Source of the DNA: Cyanidioschyzon merolae
Taxonomy: Eukaryota
DNA length: 64,000 nucleotides
Reading direction: 5' to 3' (one strand)
Assembly (NCBI GenBank): GCA_000091205.1
Contig: AP006494.2
The notes under the pieces were generated by a model. It was not told the origin of the DNA, ran no database searches, and worked only from the letters and a program-made list of their open reading frames with translations. Both the position numbers and the translations under genes were made by a program. Position 1 is the stretch's first letter. The number at the start of each line of letters is the position of its first letter. Below, piece by piece: positions 24,116 through 36,042 of the stretch.

Positions 24116-25816
24116 TCACGAAGACTGCAGTGCACCGTGCAAACGTGCTGCCCGTTCGTTCGTGTTCACGAGTTCGGCAAGCTGCGATGCATGTGCTTTC
24201 AAGGGCGGAAATATCTGCTCGGGAAACAGTTTCGAGAGCACCAGTACCTGGTGCAGAAACTCGTGTCGTTGCCGCTGGGTATGGGCATCGCTCGCGTGCC
24301 ACGGAGCCTCGCGTAGTATATGCTGGAACCATTCTCGAATCCGTTCCGTTTCACCGTGCTGTTGCCAATGCTTGCACACTTCTATACACAGCGCGCCCAT
24401 GCGGGGTGAGTTCCTATAGTCACAGAGCAGACTCAAGCCGTGCGTGTGAACCAGTTGGAATAGCGCCGGGGCGATGACCGCCAACATCTCTTCTCGTCGG
24501 GTTTGCGGGTCCTTCTTTGGGCGGTGTACCTCTTGATCGCTTCTATATGGATTCCAAACCATCCTATAGAATACGGGATGGAAATAGCGAGTGGTTTCAC
24601 CGGCTAAAAGAAAAAGCAAAGCTACATGTGCGTAAATCAAAGCCGGAGTGCCGCTGTTTTGCGCGGCAGCAAAAAGCGCATCGAAATAGGGTATCATTGG
24701 GCGAACGAGTGTCTTGCTCAACATGACCGTATCATCTGTCCAGGCCAAGAGCGTCAGAATAACCCTATGGCCGTACTTGTTGGTCCAGACCTCGGATAGA
24801 ACTTCGCGAAATGATTTCGCACACTCTTTCCGCAACTTCGCGTCGCCCAGTTGAACCATTTGCATGAGCGCAAGACTCCCGTTATTGGTGTGATATAGAT
24901 AGAGCGCCCGTGTGGCGAGTTCCTGGCCCAGCTCCTGTTTCTCCGAAAATGGCACTCGCGACGAAGAGAGCATCGTCCATATTAAATCATGGACGAGGGC
25001 ATTGGATAGTGCCCGTGGCTTGTCCAGTATTTGTTCCACCTGCCGACGACAGCACGCCACAAGTCTCTGATGGAACGGCTCTTCCACGAACCCAAGAAGT
25101 TGATCAAGGGCGTTATCCCCGCTGCGCACTTCTTGATCGCGGGATCCGACCAAAAGTTGGTGCAATCCCCGGTCCCGTTCAAGCAGCATGTGCATGAGCA
25201 TAGAGGTTCTTTCGCGTCCATTGGCTATGGTTTGGTAGACGTGGTCCACCCAGTCTGCGCCGTCCTGCGTCATGGCCAGCCGAACAAGTGTCTCGCGCAG
25301 GGCAGCGATCAACGCTCGTCGCTGCTCCCCAGTCGCATACTGGAACAGCGCCTGGACAACGTGCCGACCGTATCGTGTTTCGGGTAGGCGTTGCAGGCTG
25401 GGCTCTAGTGCGTTCCAGATGCGACTCCGCTGCTCGCTCGATCCGTGCTTGAGGGCAATCTCCACCACTCGGGAGATATCGTGTCGACGTGCATACAGGC
25501 CCAGTTTCGGCTCAAGCTGAGCAAGCACTTGGTCGATCAGGTGCTGCTTCCGTTCCAGCGGCGTTGCCTTTTGCCGAAGCTCCTCGAACAGCAGCATGAC
25601 GTTGGCGCTGGGGTCATCCAACGCGTCCCTCTGCACTTTCGCTGAGCTCTGCACAGCTTGAGCCTGCTTTAATTTGCTCATAGCAGCGCCAAGCTTGCGC
25701 TTCTGCGATTTTTTCAGGACAGTTGCAGCATCCTGCTGCCTAACATGTCGTGTCGGACTGGCGACTCTCGTCATTGACCTGGATGAGCACTGAACAGACT
25801 CCAGATGCAGCGCCAA
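24116..25816 (-). CDS. Pumilio-family (Puf-A/PUM3/Puf6-like) RNA-binding protein
   Basis: 566-aa ORF with N-terminal basic region. Repeated Puf-like helical units (e.g. YGRHVVQALFQYATGEQRRALIAAL; NKYGHRVILTLLAWTDD). Confidence 0.5.
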   Translation of the reverse strand: MALHLESVQCSSRSMTRVASPTRHVRQQDAATVLKKSQKRKLGAAMSKLKQAQAVQSSAKVQRDALDDPSANVMLLFEELRQKATPLERKQHLIDQVLAQLEPKLGLYARRHDISRVVEIALKHGSSEQRSRIWNALEPSLQRLPETRYGRHVVQALFQYATGEQRRALIAALRETLVRLAMTQDGADWVDHVYQTIANGRERTSMLMHMLLERDRGLHQLLVGSRDQEVRSGDNALDQLLGFVEEPFHQRLVACCRRQVEQILDKPRALSNALVHDLIWTMLSSSRVPFSEKQELGQELATRALYLYHTNNGSLALMQMVQLGDAKLRKECAKSFREVLSEVWTNKYGHRVILTLLAWTDDTVMLSKTLVRPMIPYFDALFAAAQNSGTPALIYAHVALLFLLAGETTRYFHPVFYRMVWNPYRSDQEVHRPKKDPQTRREEMLAVIAPALFQLVHTHGLSLLCDYRNSPRMGALCIEVCKHWQQHGETERIREWFQHILREAPWHASDAHTQRQRHEFLHQVLVLSKLFPEQIFPPLKAHASQLAELVNTNERAARLHGALQSS

Positions 25817-26839
25817 GCTCTGGGTACTCTAGAGCCGCGCTCCGCTACGTTCAGAGTGAGTCTGAGACCACTGAAACTGACCAGACCACTACGCGTGTAC
25901 GACTGATCTCAGAAACAAGGGAAGAGATAGCGGATCCTCACGAAATATAACGCTGCCCCAACGCTGGAGTTTACGCCTTTCCTACGTAGTCCTGGAATAG
26001 CACGCTCGCACGTCTACCCAAGCCTGGACTCGATACGCTGCGACAGCGTCATGCGACGCCGAATGTGCCGCACGCTGCTGCGCACCGCAGCGTCAAAGCC
26101 CGAAGGGTTCCCCGGCAAACACCAGTGGCAGGGCAATGATAGGTTATGTATTTCAATCAAGTGCTGCAGGTTGCGCTTTGATGCGATAGAGCAGCGTCTG
26201 AAGCTGCAGTATATGGAAGAGTCCTCGTCTTGGGTGTGACGCAAGTTTGGGATTGTACGGCAGGTCAGGGTACGGGAAACTGTACCTTCCACGTGACGCA
26301 TGCACTGCGTGACGACCTCATGACCACTTGACACTCAAGGTCTGCCTCGAATGCGTGGCGAGCGCTGTGAACCTGCTTCCAGGCTTGCACCTTGTCTAGC
26401 AGGCTGTTCGTCGAGGAGCTGTTGCGCTGAGCAGTACCAGCGGGCACAGTTGCAGCGTTTTCGGTGCTATCTGGTCTGTGAGCGAGCGCAGGCCTTGGAA
26501 GAATAGCCGCTAGCCGCAAAAGAGTAACGTGATGGGTTTGTCGAAGCCTCACTGGCACGTGGATGCTATTCGGGCGGTAACGTGCACCCGAGTATCTTTT
26601 TTCGCGTTTTACAACAACGCATGATAGTGCGTGTGCTGGTGTCATGTGCAGACTTCCCAGAGGTCTACGCATCCAGCAACCTCGGTGGCATCGGGCGCTT
26701 GTATTCTTCAGCGGAGCACGAGATTCGTTTGCCTATTCATGAGCGCGACGCTGCGTCGAAGACAGCTTCGGTCGCTGAAAACGCATATGGAGAACGCGTT
26801 CTCTATCGCTCCACACACTGCCGCTGTCGGGGGACACCC

Positions 26840-26857
26840 AGAGAGAGAGAGAGAGAG
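26840..26857. repeat. (AG)9 dinucleotide microsatellite
   Basis: agagagagagagagagag read directly. Confidence 0.9.
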
Positions 26858-26999
26858 CGTCGGCCAACGCGCCTTGTGCACTCGATATTCCGCGCAGGTT
26901 TGCTACCGAGCACGAGTCACCCGAGAGCGACATCTCGCCAAGGAAAACGGATCTGTCGCATGTTCGCATCCAGACGAAAGCGTTTTGCGCCGACGATCC

Positions 27000-29900
27000 T
27001 CACACTAGGGTGCTTGTTGGTAGCAGCATCCTAAGCACTTGCTCTAGCTCACCGAGCGGCACCCTGAAGCTGGAGTCATCAGAGCTTGTTCCTGTACGCT
27101 GCGTCCAGGTATCGGAGACGTGCCGCCAGTGCGGTAACGGGGCAACAGGCGCTGCGCCTGAGCTTCGGGCGGCCTGCGCTCCAACATCGGTGATCCGAAC
27201 AAGGCCGTTGCCCTCTTTTGCGTCGAGCTCTAACACATAATGGGCCGTTGACGCTGGCCGACTCGAAGCGTTACCAGCAACAAAGGCCACCCGGAGTCGC
27301 AAGGCCGACAGAAACCGATAGCGTGCCGCGAGTCCGTGAAAAGCTGCCGCTGCCGCCAGCGCTAGCGGCAGGGTTCGCTCCAACAGCCCATAGAGCACGG
27401 TATAGCAAGGCTGCGCGTTCAACACCTGCTCCACAATGCGAATCGCAAACTCTGGTGCACTGCGCGAGTGACGAAACGCTACCATGTAACCGTGTGGTTG
27501 GGTATCACAGCGGTACGTTATGACAAGTTGCACCTCAGTGCCGAGCCGAACCAAAAACCGTGCCGGACATAAGCGCTCCAGACGGGAGAAGCTCCCAGTT
27601 CGGCGGATCGGCATGCGCTGGAGACTCGAGTCTCGCAACAGCATCGCCATCTTTGCGGCTCGAGTTAGGTCCCAGCGTGAGCGCTGCACATATGCTGCAG
27701 TTGCCTGTGGATACTGCAAGATCAGGTGACGTCTTCGTTCTGGATCTGCCACTGCTGCCGAGCGCTGTGCCTGTGCAGGCACCTGAGCGGAGGACCCAGC
27801 ACCAGGCGAGCTGACCGGCGACTCCGTCACGATCATCCGCACATCGAGGTATTCGCCGTCAACGGCCGAGGTATCAAGACAACAATCAAACAAATCGGGG
27901 GCAATATCGACCTCCAGACTCCAGGGAGATCGTTTCAGGGAAGCTACCTCGAGATGTAACCAGCTCGCTTGGATTTCCAGGACATCCAATGACTTGAGCG
28001 AAACCGGTACGGAGAGACGGTCAACGTGACCTCGAACCAAGGCCAACGCCCCAGACCAGGTCGTGCTGTCTATAGCGACGGTATTGGCTAGTACTCCTTG
28101 CTCTAGCAGCGTTGTGGTTAGGAACTCTAAGCGTCGAAGCGTATCGACAACGTAAGCCATTATTCGGATGCTTTTCGCACGCACCGTTTCTGCAGTGTCG
28201 TGCTCGAGCAGCGCTGCAAGCACCCTATGGACCGGGACAAAATAGGATCCGGAAGTGAGTTTGAGAGCCAGTTGTGAACGAGTCGCCTCGGGCAAGAGAT
28301 ACACGAGAAATGGCACCTGCTTATGTAGCTGCGCGACAACCCACACCTGATCGTGCAGCGCAGCATGATACAGGGCCTCGAGTCGACTGTGCACTCGACG
28401 ACGCTGTTCGGGGATCGGCAACCACACGGGCCAGGTTTCCGGACGTAACCAGGCCGGCATCGCCGGCTCCATAAAACTTCTCAGATTGCGAATCTGTTCC
28501 AGAACAGATCCACCGTCTATGCTCAGCGCCACGAGACCGTCCGGCTCATGGACTTGTAACCGGAGGGCAATCCCGCTGTCTCCACGAGGAACAAGGCGCA
28601 CGACAGTGGGATGCAGGTGATGCACGACTCCAAAGATGGATCGTTCGGAAACAAGCGCCTGCAAAAGTGCCGTTGAACGCGCTCGACGCGCCGCAGCCAC
28701 AAGCGCAACACCATCGCCTTCGGAGCATACCTCGTGAGGTATGCATTTGTGCACTGGCAACGGCGGTTGATGTTCGACGCGCACATAGCCATAGAGCGGT
28801 ACCTGGAGACGGAGGCTTGGATCCCAGAGCCACTCCGGCGTCGGCGGTACCGTCAGGTGCGTACATTGCAGGGTGATTCCGTACCACCAGCGATTCTCCG
28901 CCATAACGAAAGCATCCGCATTCGGCGGTTTGACGGCGCTAGGCCAGTACAGGATTCGAAAGCGGCCCGGTGAAGCGTCCAGTCTCTGGACCCTAATCGT
29001 CGCAGATGTCGACGAGGTTGCTGTACCCCCCAATGGTGACGCTTTCTGTCTCGAGTTCGTGTTAGAAAGCACCTCTACAGACTTTGCCAATGATGCGATG
29101 CGCAACGGTTCATACAGTTCAACTGAGATGCACGAAACCAAGCACCCGATAAAGTAGCGCGTCTTTGATAGCATATCTGAAAGTTGCTGCTTCCGGCACA
29201 ACAGCTGATAGCGTTCTTCCAGAATACGTGCTGCCAGAGCAGCATACGCTGTACCTTGATCCAGGGTTAGCTTCCAGATGAACCAGTCCCAGTCCGTTGA
29301 CTGCGGAGCGTTGGCGCTCCAGGTCGGCAACGCCACCGTCATACGCTGGGGTCGAAGCCCGACCAGCGCCTCCCACCCCGGCATGGATTGATCCGAAATC
29401 CGTACCAGTGCTTGACGATTATTCCGTTCAAAGTCACGATGGAAACGTAAACGCACATGCATGGTTGCGGATGCCGTTCGGAGCAGCAGGTACGTCCGGT
29501 AGCCTAGGACTTGAATGGCAGGCGCAGCTAGTGCTTGCACATTGCCCGTCCGTAGCCTATGGAGCACCAACGGCAGACGATCATAGCTGCTTGTCGTCGA
29601 AACTGTAGCTGCTGCGTGTATGTCCAGAGCAGAGGCGAAAAGCGGCTCCGAGCGGGTTTGTTGATAGAGTGACCAGAGTACGTCGGCACCGGCACGTTCG
29701 TAGCGGTTAGCGAGCCACTCCGCTGTTATCACACAACGCTGTGCAGTACGCATCGTTGCAAAGTTGTGGTGAAGCCAGCGGCAAAGCGTCAGGAGGCGAA
29801 GAAGACGGTGTCGCTCGCGTTGGGACGTCTCTATAACGAGCACGTTGTTCGCAGCGGCGTCTGTTTCGTTCGGACGCCTTTCTGTGAGGAACTCCACCAG

Positions 29901-30020
29901 ATCTCGCAACGCAACATAGCCAAACTCTGCCACGGACTCACAGAGGGCGAGGAAAGAGACGCTCGGAAAAGCGCCGTCCACCGCTTCGTCAGAGCCGGCA
30001 GGCCCAGCCGAGCTACTCAT
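27000..30020 (-). CDS. MED14: Mediator complex subunit 14 (RGR1)-like protein
   Basis: 1006-aa ORF. N-terminal region matches the Med14 N-domain pattern: LLRLLTLCRWL (LlvLvkWa-like) and PLFASALDIHAAATVSTTSSYDRLP (DlxtAlxVLxTGxYxRLP-like). Confidence 0.5.
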   Translation of the reverse strand: MSSSAGPAGSDEAVDGAFPSVSFLALCESVAEFGYVALRDLVEFLTERRPNETDAAANNVLVIETSQRERHRLLRLLTLCRWLHHNFATMRTAQRCVITAEWLANRYERAGADVLWSLYQQTRSEPLFASALDIHAAATVSTTSSYDRLPLVLHRLRTGNVQALAAPAIQVLGYRTYLLLRTASATMHVRLRFHRDFERNNRQALVRISDQSMPGWEALVGLRPQRMTVALPTWSANAPQSTDWDWFIWKLTLDQGTAYAALAARILEERYQLLCRKQQLSDMLSKTRYFIGCLVSCISVELYEPLRIASLAKSVEVLSNTNSRQKASPLGGTATSSTSATIRVQRLDASPGRFRILYWPSAVKPPNADAFVMAENRWWYGITLQCTHLTVPPTPEWLWDPSLRLQVPLYGYVRVEHQPPLPVHKCIPHEVCSEGDGVALVAAARRARSTALLQALVSERSIFGVVHHLHPTVVRLVPRGDSGIALRLQVHEPDGLVALSIDGGSVLEQIRNLRSFMEPAMPAWLRPETWPVWLPIPEQRRRVHSRLEALYHAALHDQVWVVAQLHKQVPFLVYLLPEATRSQLALKLTSGSYFVPVHRVLAALLEHDTAETVRAKSIRIMAYVVDTLRRLEFLTTTLLEQGVLANTVAIDSTTWSGALALVRGHVDRLSVPVSLKSLDVLEIQASWLHLEVASLKRSPWSLEVDIAPDLFDCCLDTSAVDGEYLDVRMIVTESPVSSPGAGSSAQVPAQAQRSAAVADPERRRHLILQYPQATAAYVQRSRWDLTRAAKMAMLLRDSSLQRMPIRRTGSFSRLERLCPARFLVRLGTEVQLVITYRCDTQPHGYMVAFRHSRSAPEFAIRIVEQVLNAQPCYTVLYGLLERTLPLALAAAAAFHGLAARYRFLSALRLRVAFVAGNASSRPASTAHYVLELDAKEGNGLVRITDVGAQAARSSGAAPVAPLPHWRHVSDTWTQRTGTSSDDSSFRVPLGELEQVLRMLLPTSTLV

Positions 30021-33000
30021 GGTCCAGTGATTCCGCAGTGTACTGTAGCGCTCGCTCGTGGTACGTTAGGGGTCCCAGAATGGACTCTGAGACCATTGAT
30101 CAGAGAGTATCCAAGAGATTAATTGAGCACAGAGCGAGCGAGAGCGTTGTGAGCGTGCTGCAGCCCAAACGGCCTCTGATCAGTGCAGTCAGCGACGCTC
30201 TGTTTCGGACTGAAATGGAGCGCTGAACAGCTCGGCCAGTTCGTGGCTGTCGACTTGTTTTCCGAACTTTTTTTATCTAGATAGCTTGGAAATTCAATGG
30301 ATAGCCATGAGTACTTACGCTTTCAGAAGCACATGTCTCTACGCTTCTCGTTTCTGTACATAAAGCATACTAGAATCGGGTATTCTTCAAGGTTCCTCTC
30401 TATCCGTTTCGAGGCAAGTCTTGGTCGCCACATGTCGTAAAGCGGAATGGACTGCGAAACATACTCGATAGCGCTCATTGGCTTCTTGTTCAAGATGTCA
30501 TACCGAGAGTTTGCTGAACCTGTCACGTCATCCTATCGATTCCGTTAGAAAGAAAGAACCCCCCCTTTTCTGTCGCGATCGACGAAACGGCGTTGCACTG
30601 GAGCATCACACTTGTCACTGGAAATGCTCCCAGAAGCTACCGTATCTTCTGTTTGCATGACAAATTCTCCTGAACTAGGACTTGAGTGATCGCATCGATC
30701 GACCAAAGTGGCGCGTGTGGCTCTGTTTTGCACAAACGGAGCATCAATGGATCCAAAGTTCTCGACTTGTTCTCCGGTCTGCGGATTTCCTCCCGGTTCA
30801 TTTCTCATTATGAACAATTTGACGTTTTACAAACCCTCTGTCGAATCGCTGGACGTGCGCTTGCACCTTCATCAGCAGCTCGTGATCATAGCGTACGGTA
30901 CTAGGCACGACAATGAAGCATGGCATCTACGGGAGACTTGTGTGGCAGTCACTGGCATACCCTACGCAATGAAGCATGCGTTCACGCGCCTCTGGGCTGC
31001 GCTTGGAAACGGATATATGGTGGAGATACGCAAAGACCTGACTCCAGTCAAGGCTCGCTGCTACGGAGCGCGCTCCGTGACCGCATACAAAAACGGTGGA
31101 AATGGCACATGAAGCGTCGGTAGAGGCTTCAGCATCTGCATGCAATGCGTAGGAAACAGCGGGATGCAGCGAGCTCGGGACGCGAAGGACATTGTTGATA
31201 TCCTTCCACTGCCGCCAACTGACTTGGAGGGACAGCAGAGCCCGCCCACATTCATAGCCGGATCCACGAGAAGCAAAAGAAAACGTTCACGGGTACGGGC
31301 CGCGCAGTTTGCTGTTCATGATGCTGTGAAGCGACGATGTGTTTAGCGTGTAGGTCCAAGTTAGCGGACTCGTTCTATTTTATTCTTATACGGGTATAGG
31401 GTCCGTATCTTGGCTGTAGAAGCAGCTGCCCGTCTGCAGCAGAACGAAAGCGACTTGTCCACGCGCGCCCAAGACACACAACACGTCTGGAGTATCGTCG
31501 TTGCAGTCGCAAACGGTGTCGTGCCCTGTACACAGTATGCAGGGTGCGCATAAGACGAACTATGGACAAGTGGGACTCAGACCTGCGTGGTTTGCTTCTT
31601 CAGTAGAAAGTGTTGCAGGACTTGGGATCTGCCTGCGTCGAGATTGCAAACGTTTGCACAGAGGCGTCCGGTAGATGCCCTGTTCATACCCAGAAAGGGT
31701 GCCCCTGTACGAGTATACAATGCTTTCGAAAAAATATTTTTATGGACTTGTATGATCTGAGTGCCTCAGATCTAGTTCCGACAGCAGCATTGGAAAAGCT
31801 ACCGCATGTTCCACTGACGCTTGCGTCTTGCAAAGTGGCGTTTGCGGGCGACTCCAGGAGAAACCGCTGGAGCAGCCGCATTCCAGGAACGCCTATCCGT
31901 AACGCTACCGCGCCAGCTGCTGTACTCTCTGGTGAAGATGCAGCGCTGACTGCCTCGTGCAATTTCGAATGAGGGCGCTGCATCGAATACAGTGCCTCAG
32001 AAGCGTAGAAGGCTATGGAGAAGAAGAAGCCCCTGTTGCTTTCGACGTCGCCGTTGACACCATCCCGCACCGTTTTTCGTATACCCGAATTCCATTGGGC
32101 TCGCTCATTTGTTTTCGCAGTGATGGTCTCGGGGTACAGAGGACATCGGCCAGGCGCAGAGATATACGCGATGGCTGCTTGCGCTCCAGCAGCTCCCATG
32201 CTGTCTGGCATCCGAACAAGAACGCAAGGTAGCAGTCTTTGGCTCGCTCCAGCCGGATGGTTCCATCGTCATGGCGTTGGTGCTCCCGGTCCTCTGGTGC
32301 CTGCCGACGCTACCCAGCGTCAGTGTCCAACAACAATCCCGACTCTCTCGGTCCACAGTGAATGGTTGAGACGCTTCGGTGATTGCTGGCATGTCCAGGC
32401 AGCGCTTCAGCGGCGCGAATACACCGCGCTGTTTTCGAGAGCATTCTCGCTGCCCTCAGTTCACGATACTGAAGGCAGCATCACGCGGCATGGTACGCGG
32501 AAGGACTATACGCCTTTCACAGAGCAATCAGCGATGACGCTTCGGATAGGTCCAGGGTTCGCTTCTTGTGAACCTGGGCGGATGACCGCTCGGCGCTCTT
32601 CATTGGGTACTTTGCAACGGTGCGATGCGTTAGTCGCACCTGAGAATGCCACTCGGATCACGAGTGTGGACGCCAAACAGGCCGGGGTGCGGGAGCCCTC
32701 CACACCGGACAGCGTATGATCGAATGGGGTGCAGAGAACGCACCAGCATATGATTCCTGTTCGCGCACATACTGATCGAACTGAGCTTGCAATGATCACG
32801 TGCTATCCCACGGGGTACGGACAACGCCTTTATGCCCTTTTTGGAGACAGAAGCAATCGCGTTCGCATCATGCTCAGTCTACAGTGATGTCGTCTTCGGT
32901 GCCAGGAAACTCTTCCAAGCCGCTCTGATTCGAGATCGCCTGAGCCTGCGGATGTCCCAGTCCAGGCCTGTCGAGTCGTTCACGGTGATGGTCGAGGTCA

Positions 33001-33240
33001 TCAGCAACGTAAGTTGTGTCCCATGTGCGGGGCTCTGTCGCTGAATCCTTACGTCCAGCATCCGCCACATGTATTCGCTGGGTACCAGAGACGACAAAAC
33101 GCGGGCCATGACCATAGCAAATGCTTTTTCGAGGATTGAAAAGCCCCCGCCCAGACCATGACACTATCTAATCGCGGAGCATGATCATCATCAGCAGCAG
33201 CGCTCTCTTGATTCAGCTCCCGAATTCACCGATGCTTGCC

Positions 33241-34134
33241 TCACAGTGCAAACACTCGTTTCCCGGTATTGACGACGCGGCTCCGACGCCAGGAAAACGC
33301 GACTCTTGATCGATCAATTGGATAGCGAACAGAGAGAAGCTTCAGCGTAAAGCGTGGGCCTAGTTCCTGAGTGCGCACACGAACCCGCTCGGCAGCTTCT
33401 GGATCCCGCGACGCCTCAAAGATGTAACGGTAGAAGCGGAGAAAGATATAGTCACGTTGATTACGAACGAGCACAACCTGGCGACTTTGCGGTGTTCCCT
33501 CGTGCGGAAACAGTGCGCTCAAGCTGCGCTCAATGTGTCGTCCGAGATTCGTCTGAAAGTTACATGTCACCACTTCCACAGGTAAAGGTGTCGGCGTGCC
33601 TCGATGCGGAATCGATTCACTGCAAACCACCGAGGACAACCGATACAGATATACTGGGCCATCCGGTAGGCGCACATGTTGCAGATACCGCAACGATAAA
33701 CCCTTTCCCTGAACGATAACCCACAAATCCGTAAACCCTTGGTCGATACCGGCTTTACAGAGCTCTTCTAGCGTTCGCTGGTCCCTCTCTCGGTACACGG
33801 AACCTGGGAAGAGAAACAAGAGGTCACCGATCAAGTCGTAGATCTGCCTTCCCGTCGGCTGCACGCTCGTTGTGAGCAGCACACGAGGTCTCCGCTCACC
33901 CCGCAAAACAGCTCGAATGTCCTCTTCACCAAACGGCGGCTCCTGTTCCCAGTCCAGCTCAGGCCTGTACACCCTGGTGGACTCGAGTGTTCGCGGGCGT
34001 TGCAGCGGCTCCTCGCCCTGCAAAGCGCGCTGTTTTCGGCGAGCTTTCGCTTCACGACGTCGTTTTCGCCGCTCAGCGAGCAGGAGCGCCCGACGCTCTA
34101 CCCGTGCTAAACGTCGAGCTCGGTCTCGTGGCAT
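33241..34134 (-). CDS. RPF1: Brix-domain ribosome biogenesis protein, RPF1-like
   Basis: 297-aa ORF with basic N-terminus; RVLLTTS, LGRHIERSLSALFP, VRNQRDYIFLRFYRYIF and QELGPRFTLKLLS collinear with RPF1/IMP4 Brix domain. Confidence 0.75.
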   Translation of the reverse strand: MPRDRARRLARVERRALLLAERRKRRREAKARRKQRALQGEEPLQRPRTLESTRVYRPELDWEQEPPFGEEDIRAVLRGERRPRVLLTTSVQPTGRQIYDLIGDLLFLFPGSVYRERDQRTLEELCKAGIDQGFTDLWVIVQGKGLSLRYLQHVRLPDGPVYLYRLSSVVCSESIPHRGTPTPLPVEVVTCNFQTNLGRHIERSLSALFPHEGTPQSRQVVLVRNQRDYIFLRFYRYIFEASRDPEAAERVRVRTQELGPRFTLKLLSVRYPIDRSRVAFSWRRSRVVNTGKRVFAL

Positions 34135-34330
34135 GTGCAGTAACTGCTTATTCCCTGCTGAAGCGTCCTCGTCGACCTGTTATACGACAGCGCTACCACG
34201 CTGACGTTCACGAGTCGCAGCCGGCAACGCGGGCTCGGGCAAGCCACGCCAGCGGCGGTACCGGCCGCAGCTGCGAATAGGACAGCGCCGGTGCGAGGTG
34301 CTCTACGCAGCTACACCGGAGTTCAGCAGG
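34135..34330. promoter_or_regulatory. Short shared 5' intergenic region between divergently transcribed RPF1-like and PSMA2 genes (putative bidirectional promoter)
   Basis: Head-to-head gene arrangement with about 200 bp between start codons. Confidence 0.3.
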
Positions 34331-35038
34331 ATGGCAGACTCTGCGTCGTCGTTTTCTCTGACGGTCTTTTCATCGTCGGGGAAGTTGAATCAACTTGAGT
34401 ATGCACTAAAAGCGGTGCAAGCGGGTGCTACTGCGCTTGGTATTCGCGCAAAAAACGGTTGCGTTATCGCCACGGAGAAGCGACTGCCTTCGGCGCTCGC
34501 GGATGCGCGAACCATTCGAAAGGTAGAGGCAATCACTGCCGAGATTGGAGCGGTATATGCTGGAATGGGACCAGATTATCGGATCATGGTCAAGAAAGCT
34601 CGCAACGCTGCACAGAAATATTATCAAGTGTACCGCGAGTCGATACCGGTTCACCAACTGGTTCGCGAGGTGGCCACTGTGATGCAGGAGTTCACGCAGT
34701 CGGGCGGGGTGCGTCCCTTCGGCATGAGCATGCTGATCGCCGGTCACGACGAGGAAGGCCCACAACTAGCTCAAGTGGATCCTAGTGGTAGCTTCTTTTT
34801 CTGGAAAGCAACGGCGATCGGCAAAAACATGGTGAACGCGAAAACTTTTTTGGAAAAGCGCTATCAGGACGACGTAGAGCTGGAGGATGCGATACACATG
34901 GCGATTCTCACTTTGAAAGAAGGATTCGATGGAAAAATGATGGAGCATAACATTGAGATCGGCGTCGTTGGCGCTGAACGTCGTTTCCGGGCATTGACAC
35001 CCGCCGAGATTCGTGACTACCTGGGCGAGGTCGAGTGA
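34331..35038 (+). CDS. PSMA2: 20S proteasome subunit alpha type-2
   Basis: Near-full-length collinearity with PSMA2/PRE8: [95 protein letters not shown]-track start 34298 is likely upstream of the true Met (MADSASSF). Confidence 0.9.
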   Translation: MADSASSFSLTVFSSSGKLNQLEYALKAVQAGATALGIRAKNGCVIATEKRLPSALADARTIRKVEAITAEIGAVYAGMGPDYRIMVKKARNAAQKYYQVYRESIPVHQLVREVATVMQEFTQSGGVRPFGMSMLIAGHDEEGPQLAQVDPSGSFFFWKATAIGKNMVNAKTFLEKRYQDDVELEDAIHMAILTLKEGFDGKMMEHNIEIGVVGAERRFRALTPAEIRDYLGEVE

Positions 35039-36042
35039 GGCGCGACCTCCTGCCATCATCGTTCTCTGTTGCTGTTGGTGCTCATGTTTGGTGCGCGCAG
35101 AGCATTTTGGTTTTGTGGGCAGAACGCGACGCCAGACTGCCCTTGATGTGCAACTGATGCGCCTCCAACGGACGAAAATCAGCAAAGAACGCTTCGCTAC
35201 CTCGAGTTGAAAGCGGTTAGCTGGTCTATGGCAAGAGGCATGCCTCCGAACAGCTAGAGTTTTGTTCGCGCGATGCCCATATCCGCTCGGAACAAAAATC
35301 TCCGGATAGCTTTAGTGGCTTGCTGCCGTCGAGGCGGCACTGCACGTCGGCCGCTGGCGTGATGTACTGGCTGTGCGGATAGCCGCCGACGCCACCGCCG
35401 CCGTCGTTGTCGTCGTTGCCGCTGCAGACGCAGCTGTCAAGCTGAAAGCTGCCCCCGGCACAACTGGGAACAGATGCAAGTGCTTTTGCGCAGCGACTGC
35501 ATCGCTCGGGTCGTCATGTGCAATTGCGAGCGCGGCAAGCAACTATCCAGACGGAAGCGTATGTAGAGCTCGTTCGGATCGGGCGAATTCTCGGTTGCAA
35601 TGAAACGCGTACGCCAGGATGCTGTTCGTGATGCGCAGCGGCACAAGTACGGTTGCTATTCCTAGCACAAGGCGTTTTGCAGTGGATACCGACGTGACAT
35701 CGGCAACGTGAATTGCCTGCCGACCGTTGCACTGCAGCCGACGTGGCAACTCCTGCGAAGACCGCGCTACCCGCTGATGCCCGAGAATGCCCATAAGAAG
35801 AGTGACTTGCAGGCCGTCCATGTACCGGAGGATGACAGACGATGCTCAGAGCGTGATGGTGCGCTCTAGTGCAGTGCTGTGTCGAGCGATGCGATGCAAT
35901 GCAGCACGAAACGAGCGCAGGCATCGAAGGCGCCCTAGCTATTGAACGCCCTCGCGACGACCAGACTATGCGAATGCTGTCGCTGAGGAGCGGCAATTTA
36001 CTGCCCCGTGCGCATCGCATATGCTTGTGACGATGTTCGCGA